DNA of 32,000 bases from Candidatus Micrarchaeum sp. (GTDB lineage: Archaea; Micrarchaeota; Micrarchaeia; Micrarchaeales; Micrarchaeaceae), in the NCBI RefSeq assembly GCF_016806735.1, contig NZ_CP060530.1:600001-632000 (forward strand). The letters are read 5' to 3'. Made by a program: the position numbers and the translations under genes. Every line of letters starts with the position of its first letter. The first letter of the stretch is position 1. Shown here one piece after another: positions 9,673 through 15,869 of this stretch. The notes below the pieces were generated by a model. It did no database searches, was not told the DNA's origin, and saw only the letters and a program-made list of their open reading frames with translations.

Positions 9673-10357
9673 GAAGTATCAACCTTTGAGATTCGAACAT
9701 AAGCGAGCATAAGGCCCCCTTTCTTGAAAATGTAGAGATAAGCGAGTCAAATTCTGCATAGTCTGATTTTCTGCATGCAACGATATTTAGCAAACCATTT
9801 TTGAATTTGTTTGAAAGTATCCTTGACGTAGTGCAGTTCAAAAAAGAGCTAAAGTCCATATAGGAGGCAATTTCTAATATTTTCTTGGGATTTTTTTTGT
9901 TAATGTATACGCCAGAAGCCAGGTTTTTTTCATATGCAAGCCTTGAAGCTACAGATTTTCTGAAGTTTTTTGAACAGCTTATGAAATTGCCACATATTAC
10001 TGTAGTGAAATCAGAATATGTTGCTGCTCCAAATGCAGGCACATGGCTTTCAAATGGCAGCATGTTGTAAGTTGCATTGATGCCATATGCCTCTTCCTTG
10101 AGTATCGCCATGCTTCGCTCTTCAAAACTTGAAGTCTTTCCCTCGCCAAATTGCAAGTAACATCCTACTTTGTCCAAATCAGAATACAGCTTAACCGAGT
10201 CCTTTGCGTTTATCTTGGATGAAATAAAAAATAGCATGAACAGTCCAGATAGCCCAATGAAAAGCAATCCCTGCACCATGCCATATTGGAGCAAAATGAA
10301 TCCAGATGCCGTAAAAAGCAATGCAAACGACAACAATTCATTGCTAGATAGATTCAT
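9656..10357 (-). CDS. Membrane-anchored protein of unknown function (2 N-terminal TM helices plus a roughly 170 aa domain)
   Basis: ATG 10357 (MNLSSNELLSFALLF...) overlaps the upstream stop by 14 nt. Hydrophobic segments are at aa about 10-50. No recognisable motif. Confidence 0.6.
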   Translation of the reverse strand: MNLSSNELLSFALLFTASGFILLQYGMVQGLLFIGLSGLFMLFFISSKINAKDSVKLYSDLDKVGCYLQFGEGKTSSFEERSMAILKEEAYGINATYNMLPFESHVPAFGAATYSDFTTVICGNFISCSKNFRKSVASRLAYEKNLASGVYINKKNPKKILEIASYMDFSSFLNCTTSRILSNKFKNGLLNIVACRKSDYAEFDSLISTFSRKGALCSLMFESQRLILHDAET

Positions 10358-10979
10358 CGATAAGCACCCTTTTATAGCCAATGGCCCATTTTACCGTTTC
10401 AATCTCGACTCCTGAAGAGGTGCAAAACCTGCTTATGGCGTTGTCATCGTTCCAGTATGCCTTTGATATTGACTGAAAAAGATTCGAGAATTTTGACAAG
10501 TCCGTTGATTTTATTGCGTTCTCGCGTATCTTTTTGATTGCGATTTCGGATAGTACAATGTTGCTTCTTCGGATTTCTTTATATAATTCAATTGCCGATT
10601 CATTTTCGCTTTCATCGGGATTGTCCTTTTTCACACCTCTTAACGAGTCCATAAGAATCGGGTAAAGCGATTCCAGCTTTGCAGAGTAAGAATCTTTAAG
10701 ATATGCCAGTATTGAAAGGGTAAGAATTGAAATGTCGCACAAACTCAAATCTTCAGCCGATCTTGACTTGAATTCCAGTGAAATGCTGTCACGATATAAA
10801 TCGATCTGCAGTTTTGCAGGTTTTGTGCCCAAATCCAGGTCAAACGAGTAATAGTTCCCTCTTGAAATAAGTTTTGCATTTGGTAGGAAAGACATGACAC
10901 GCATCAATTCATTTCCAGAAACAAGGCGTTCGGCTTTTACGTTTATTTTTCTCTCAGCAACCATACTATCTTTTTTCAT
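10344..10979 (-). CDS. Soluble protein of unknown function (211 aa)
   Basis: ATG 10979 follows the ATPase stop as TGA-A-ATG. The ORF-track start at 10988 is GTG. No TM helices and no recognisable motif. Confidence 0.6.
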   Translation of the reverse strand: MKKDSMVAERKINVKAERLVSGNELMRVMSFLPNAKLISRGNYYSFDLDLGTKPAKLQIDLYRDSISLEFKSRSAEDLSLCDISILTLSILAYLKDSYSAKLESLYPILMDSLRGVKKDNPDESENESAIELYKEIRRSNIVLSEIAIKKIRENAIKSTDLSKFSNLFQSISKAYWNDDNAISRFCTSSGVEIETVKWAIGYKRVLIDESI

Positions 10980-10980
10980 T

Positions 10981-12075
10981 TCAAGCACCAGATTTTTGCA
11001 ATGTGTGTTTAATCGATGCCGCGATAATAATGTCTTTGATTCCCAACTTCCGCATGAAATATATTACTTTTTCCCTGGTGCAGCCATTATCAATGAGCAT
11101 GCGGACAATCTTTTCTATGGAGATGGATCTAAGCTCGCTTTCTATTAAGAAATCGAGTTTTCCGCTTATCTCCTTTCCGAATGCATGTTCGGCAGCTTCC
11201 ATTATCGAACGCTTAGTAAGGGTATATTCCATGGAATCACACTTCACAGTACAGAAACCTATCTCGAATTTTTGTATGTGCTTTATAGCTGACTTTTTTA
11301 CCTTTCCGCCAAGGCTTAGCATTATGCAGTAAAACGATCCCCTTTCCAACTCCGGAAGAGCTATAAGCTCTTTTTCTTCCAACAGCATTGACGATTTAAG
11401 CGAATTCAAGTTATCCGTTCCGTATATCTTGAACAGGAATATAGTACCGGCATTGTAGATTATTTCGTTGTTGACGTCTCCTAAAAGTTGTGTTGCGGCT
11501 ATTATGCCTATCCCGTATTTCCTTCCTTCCCTGAATATTCGTGATATTTGGACTTTGGTATCAGGATTTCCTAAAAAGTGCCATATTTCATCAACAAACA
11601 CTGACATGTCCATGCTGCCTATTGAACCCATACAGTCAAGAATTTGAGATAGCAACAGTGTAGCCTTTGACAGCTTCGCCTCAGCTTCAAATTTTGACAG
11701 GTTAAGGTATTGGCCCTTGGATTTTGAAAATCCTGCTTTCGATTCGGATTCGGATAATGCCAATGCATGTGCTATTCCGGCGTATTCCCCAGACCAATCT
11801 AATATTATAATGCGCTTGCCTGCAATTGATGAGAATTTCATTATCAGGTTTAGCATCAGGTTAGTTTTTCCAGACCCTGAAGTGCCGAGTATTGCAATAT
11901 GCGGATTTATGAGGCTCTTTCTTACATAGAATACCGGATCACGGTATTTTTGGGTTTTGCCTATGTAAACAGCTTCTTCTAACTCTTCTAGGGAATTTTG
12001 CGGCTCCGAAGGCTCAAAGAAGGGGATTTTAGAAACAAGAGATCCAACAGGGATTATATTTTTCATTTTTACCAC
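10981..12075 (-). CDS. Compact HerA/VirB4/FtsK-class P-loop ATPase (364 aa)
   Basis: NPHIAILGTSGSGKT Walker A (aa 57-71), VFVDEIWHFL Walker B (aa 159-168), and REGRKYGIGIIAATQ (aa 182-196). These resemble the DEAW and RK.G....TQ signatures of VirB4/HerA-type ATPases. Position 12075 is GTG sharing 1 nt with the upstream TAG; an ATG lies at 12066. Confidence 0.85.
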   Translation of the reverse strand: MVKMKNIIPVGSLVSKIPFFEPSEPQNSLEELEEAVYIGKTQKYRDPVFYVRKSLINPHIAILGTSGSGKTNLMLNLIMKFSSIAGKRIIILDWSGEYAGIAHALALSESESKAGFSKSKGQYLNLSKFEAEAKLSKATLLLSQILDCMGSIGSMDMSVFVDEIWHFLGNPDTKVQISRIFREGRKYGIGIIAATQLLGDVNNEIIYNAGTIFLFKIYGTDNLNSLKSSMLLEEKELIALPELERGSFYCIMLSLGGKVKKSAIKHIQKFEIGFCTVKCDSMEYTLTKRSIMEAAEHAFGKEISGKLDFLIESELRSISIEKIVRMLIDNGCTREKVIYFMRKLGIKDIIIAASIKHTLQKSGA

Positions 12076-12791
12076 TAATGGATGGCCCGGATTATTTCAG
12101 AAGCCTTCAAAACCTTTGAGGTTGAACCAAGTACCGAATCGAATAGGCTAGACACTTGCTTTATGGCCATTTTTGCAGAATTCTGTGCGGCATAGGCGTT
12201 ATCCCCGTACTCTGACACTATAACGTAATAATGGACGTTTACTGGAGTTCCGCCAGATACGAAGTCTTCTATTTCAGCGCTTAGGTGGCTTATTTCGGCT
12301 CTGAGCCTTGCCTCCACCATTGCGGACTTATGGGAGGATTTGTCAAGGCGCGAAAGCTGTATCTCTTTTATTCTTTTCTGTGTCTGCAGCTTTTCCATGA
12401 AATTTTTTAAATTGACCCTTTCGACAGATGCCATGAACCTGAAAGGAAATTCTGTTTTGGATATTATGCTTTCCATACTATCCCTGTCCAGTTTCCCATT
12501 TCCGGATCCGTTTATAGATGAAGCAGCTATTGCAGTGTATCCATTGTTCGATCTGCTAAGTAGACATAACTTGTCATTTCCTTCAATTATATTGCCATCG
12601 CTGCCGTTAACGCCAAGTAACCGCTCGGAATGAATTATGTTGGCTTTGGTGTCTATTATCAAAAGTGCATAGGCTATGCCGAGCAGTAGTGCCATTGGCC
12701 AGTAATTATGCATAAATGCGATTATAAGCAGAGCGATGCCAGCCTGCATTATCAGGTTCTCGTTTCTTCTTAGTGCATTTTTAATCTTCAT
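12075..12791 (-). CDS. Membrane protein with an N-terminal TM hairpin and a roughly 170 aa soluble domain (238 aa)
   Basis: ATG at 12791. Two hydrophobic helices at aa about 15-47, then a coiled-coil-like segment (QTQKRIKEIQLSRL...RLRAEISHLSAEIED). It directly abuts the 364-aa ATPase. Confidence 0.65.
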   Translation of the reverse strand: MKIKNALRRNENLIMQAGIALLIIAFMHNYWPMALLLGIAYALLIIDTKANIIHSERLLGVNGSDGNIIEGNDKLCLLSRSNNGYTAIAASSINGSGNGKLDRDSMESIISKTEFPFRFMASVERVNLKNFMEKLQTQKRIKEIQLSRLDKSSHKSAMVEARLRAEISHLSAEIEDFVSGGTPVNVHYYVIVSEYGDNAYAAQNSAKMAIKQVSSLFDSVLGSTSKVLKASEIIRAIH

Positions 12792-12800
12792 TTCAAAACC

Positions 12801-13817
12801 TTAAAACACGTCAAACCTTGAAAAGGACACTTCTGTTCCGAGTATCCTAGCAAATTCCCTTGCAGATATTATGGTAAGAATTACGCTGAAGATTGGAAAC
12901 ATTATCACTTCAACCACTATCAGCACCACCTGCCTGAAAACATACAGTATTGAATTTTCAGAGGATGAGAGTATGGAAGACGCATTTGAGAAAATGGAAC
13001 TTATTGATTCTTTGCTTGGCTGCGAAGATTGATTATAGGAATACAGGCCATTCAAGCTAGATTTTGTTGCGGTTATTAATTGTAAAGTAGAAGTTTGCGA
13101 ATAGCTTTGAACCATAGATGCATCAAGCATATAGGACATTGGCAGCACCACGAAAAGGCTTATCGCTATAGCCATTATTGCCCCGCCAAGCCTGCGGGTA
13201 AGATAAAGGGTGCGGAGAACCATGCCCAAAGGCAATAGCACAGGTATAGCTACATATGAAATTACTTTGATTACTGAATATTGCAAGAATATACTGAATA
13301 CTGAAAGCGTGAGGAGTTCTATTATATCCCCCAATTGCATGAGGAACGGCTTGAACAGGTTGTTAAATGATATCGATGCCAAGCCAATGCTCAGATGCAG
13401 CGAGGAAATAAGCCCTGCAACAGCATATAAGCTGCTTATTGCAAGAAGCGACCCGCTCGACAGGTCAAATAACGATGGATATTGATGGCCGTTTATTGTG
13501 ACTCCGGACAACCCCATTAGGTAACCTTCCGAAAAACATATTGCATAGCTATAGTTGTATGGACCTGTGCATGCATTGACAGAATTGCCAGAAACCCCAT
13601 ATGCTATGGAATTGGTAATTTCCGTTACAAAACCACCTGGAAGAAACAGTATTATTAAAATTCCAAGAATTGCGGCATTTATAAACGATTCTATGAGTTC
13701 GTTCCTGCCGAAATCCTTGAGCTTTTTGTTGTCAAATGCGAACCCAAGCCCAAATATGATTCCGCCCACTGCCAGCATTATCGAAACGATTGTAATACCT
13801 ATTTCGTATCCGTACAT
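12801..13817 (-). CDS. Polytopic integral membrane protein (about 6-7 TM helices), VirB6/TrbL/CedA-like by architecture only
   Basis: ATG 13817 (MYGYEIGITIVSIML...). The longer ORF-track start at 13874 would overlap the upstream gene by 44 nt. It has multiple long hydrophobic segments and a Ser/Thr/Asn-rich loop (SYSQTSTLQLITATKSSLNGLYSYNQSSQPSKESISSIFSNASSILSSSENS) before the last TM helix. Confidence 0.65.
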   Translation of the reverse strand: MYGYEIGITIVSIMLAVGGIIFGLGFAFDNKKLKDFGRNELIESFINAAILGILIILFLPGGFVTEITNSIAYGVSGNSVNACTGPYNYSYAICFSEGYLMGLSGVTINGHQYPSLFDLSSGSLLAISSLYAVAGLISSLHLSIGLASISFNNLFKPFLMQLGDIIELLTLSVFSIFLQYSVIKVISYVAIPVLLPLGMVLRTLYLTRRLGGAIMAIAISLFVVLPMSYMLDASMVQSYSQTSTLQLITATKSSLNGLYSYNQSSQPSKESISSIFSNASSILSSSENSILYVFRQVVLIVVEVIMFPIFSVILTIISAREFARILGTEVSFSRFDVF

Positions 13818-13830
13818 TCGGCCGCACGCT

Positions 13831-14235
13831 TTATGTTGTAGACACGGAATTGGCGAGCAGATGCGAAGATGCAACTGCGAGAGAGGTTGATGCCACGCTT
13901 AGAAGGCTTATTATTATTGCCCCGATTATGATATTTATCGAAGCTGTATGGAAATTGGCCCTCTTGTCCGGAGGCATTACCTGGCCTACGGCATAGAATA
14001 CCCCAGCAACTATGAAAAGAACCGCGCCAAGGATAGGGCCTACCTGCGAAAGCACAGATTTGATGTATGTCAATTCAGATACGATGCCTATCGTATTCGA
14101 ATTCAGGAGCATTGGAGAAGCACCGTTGCTTATCGAAAACAGGTATATCTGCAGTACGAAAAGCAGGATAAGCAGATGCTTGATCCTGAGCAATTTGCTA
14201 GCTAGTGCTTTTACATATCTAGGAATTTTTGGCAT
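13831..14235 (-). CDS. Secreted/membrane two-helix protein; candidate VirB2/TrbC/CedA1-like pilin (134 aa)
   Basis: ATG 14235 is preceded by GGTG at -9 to -6. A long basic n-region and hydrophobic core form a signal peptide (MPKIPRYVKALASKLLRIKHLLILLFVLQIYLFSISNGA). Two hydrophobic helices follow (aa about 65-86 and 99-122), joined by a basic loop (MPPDKRANFHTA). Confidence 0.6.
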   Translation of the reverse strand: MPKIPRYVKALASKLLRIKHLLILLFVLQIYLFSISNGASPMLLNSNTIGIVSELTYIKSVLSQVGPILGAVLFIVAGVFYAVGQVMPPDKRANFHTASINIIIGAIIISLLSVASTSLAVASSHLLANSVSTT

Positions 14236-14333
14236 GTCTACACCTTTTACTTTTATACAAGTATTTTATTTAGATAAATATTTAAATACTTTTATACAAG
14301 TAAGGCGTAGGAAATAGGCATTAGATTTCTGAA
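14236..14333 (-). promoter_or_regulatory. Only sizeable intergenic gap inside the cluster; AT-rich candidate internal promoter/operator for the pilin-like gene
   Basis: The 98-nt gap contains two perfect 16-nt repeats and a central inverted repeat (see the repeat feature), several TATA-like stretches, and a GGTG Shine-Dalgarno-like element. Confidence 0.45.
14248..14302. repeat. Two perfect 16-nt direct repeats TACTTTTATACAAGTA (14248-14263 and 14287-14302) flanking the inverted repeat TATTTA-GA-TAAATA
   Basis: Read directly from the sequence. Each 16-mer is itself a near-palindrome (TACTT-nTATAn-AAGTA; 14 of 16 positions are self-complementary). Spacing between copies is 39 nt. Confidence 0.9.
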
Positions 14334-15854
14334 TTATTTGGATTTATTCGCAGAATAGTTAAGGTATTCGGAATTTAGATAGGATAAACCTCCCTGGAGA
14401 AAAGTGTATTTGTTTGATATGTAATGCGAAATGTTCATGTACAGGTTCGGGAGCTCTACGCTTGCGTTTCTGTATCTAAGTACTCTGTGGGATACATACG
14501 ATATGTGTCCGTTTACATTCGTAGTTCCGTTTGTCAATACAATGTAGAACATGCAACTTTTGTTCGTATAAAAGCTTATATTTACTTCTTTAGTATTCAT
14601 GAACTTCCCAAAGCTGTATTTCGAAATGCTTTTTTTATAATTCGAATAGTTTGATTGGCCGCTTATGCTTATGCCATTTATGAAATCCGAAGCGTTTCTG
14701 AGTTCGAAAAAGCTTGCATTCGAGCTGAACGATAGCGATGCTTTGTAGGTTATATTAAAGCCGGGAGCGCAGAAAGAATCGAACGTGTAATATGGAAATG
14801 CGTACATCTTTACTTTTTTTGTACCGTTTTCTACTGAGGTGACAGGAATTTCGACATTACTTTTTACATAGTCTCCGGAATAGCTGATTGGACCGAAGGC
14901 AGATTTTGCCACTGCAGAAGTATTGCTCAACGGGATCGCTCTTACTGTAGTGTAGTTGGAATAGTTAAAAGGCATAAAATAAGCATATATGCCTTTGGTG
15001 AATTCTGGTGAAGCAATATTCAGGGAAAGATTGGCAACATAGTCGTTCGTTTCGTTTATCTGGCTTAATGTTGAATTTATCTCTTGCCCGTTCCCATAGA
15101 AGAACTGAATGTTTGACAGGTTTGCTGTAGTATAGCTAGAAAGCCCAGAATAATTTACTTCGACAGGATAGTAAACGGTTGAAGAATTGGGCTGATGCTC
15201 AAAAAGAGAGTCATTGATGCTTATCCTTGCATGCGGAAACATGCCCAGAGACAGCGAGGGCCCTGTAGGCCATATTGGCGCTATGATAAGAACCATGGCA
15301 ACAACCATGGCAGCATAAAGCATCATTTGTACGGTTTTTTTTGATGGTGAAAATCTTTTGCGTATTTTATGAAGTTTAGACTCTCCAAAAGCAGTACTTA
15401 TAAATATTGATATGACTGCGCCTATGAGCAGATAGTATCCAACTATTGCGGTGTTTATTGCAAAATTCAGGTTTGCAAAAAATCCCAGCAAATACAGCAG
15501 ATCTGGAAGCGCAAGGACGAAATAGGAATATATCTTGTATTCTCTTTTCATGTCAATTATATATACTGCAAAAAAGGCAGCGATGGAAAATATGCCGTAG
15601 TACTCCGAGATGCTCTTTCCCATATAGAGAAGAGAGCCAGCGATTATGAAAGCCAGAGCACCTACGATTTCGTAGGTGGAGAGCTTATCGCTGAATGCTG
15701 ACAGTACTCCCAAGATTACGAATAAGGGAAACGCGTACAGTATTAAGTACGCGTTGTTGGTAATGGTAAAGTATGCCAGGAACATTGCAGCCAGAAAAAG
15801 CCACAGTGCAAGGGCGACAGGTTTTAACGCCCTTTCTACATCCCTGTTTGGCAT
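14334..15854 (-). CDS. 7-TM membrane protein with a large Asn/Ser/Tyr-rich, sequon-dense extracellular domain (506 aa); first gene of the cluster
   Basis: ATG 15854 lies 15 nt after the aCPSF1 stop. There are seven hydrophobic segments in aa about 11-193. Within aa about 195-506 I count about 22 N-X-S/T sequons. Confidence 0.7.
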   Translation of the reverse strand: MPNRDVERALKPVALALWLFLAAMFLAYFTITNNAYLILYAFPLFVILGVLSAFSDKLSTYEIVGALAFIIAGSLLYMGKSISEYYGIFSIAAFFAVYIIDMKREYKIYSYFVLALPDLLYLLGFFANLNFAINTAIVGYYLLIGAVISIFISTAFGESKLHKIRKRFSPSKKTVQMMLYAAMVVAMVLIIAPIWPTGPSLSLGMFPHARISINDSLFEHQPNSSTVYYPVEVNYSGLSSYTTANLSNIQFFYGNGQEINSTLSQINETNDYVANLSLNIASPEFTKGIYAYFMPFNYSNYTTVRAIPLSNTSAVAKSAFGPISYSGDYVKSNVEIPVTSVENGTKKVKMYAFPYYTFDSFCAPGFNITYKASLSFSSNASFFELRNASDFINGISISGQSNYSNYKKSISKYSFGKFMNTKEVNISFYTNKSCMFYIVLTNGTTNVNGHISYVSHRVLRYRNASVELPNLYMNISHYISNKYTFLQGGLSYLNSEYLNYSANKSK

Positions 15855-15869
15855 CCATACCAGCCATTT

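Noticed and set aside
6983-15854. Interpreting the cluster as a type IV pilus/archaellum locus or as a HerA-NurA repair module
   Set aside because: Neither ATPase has GspE/FlaI-type motifs. No protein has a class III (prepilin-peptidase) signal peptide, and no PilC/FlaJ-like or prepilin peptidase gene is present. No NurA, Mre11 or Rad50 is present, and eight of the ten proteins are membrane or secreted proteins.
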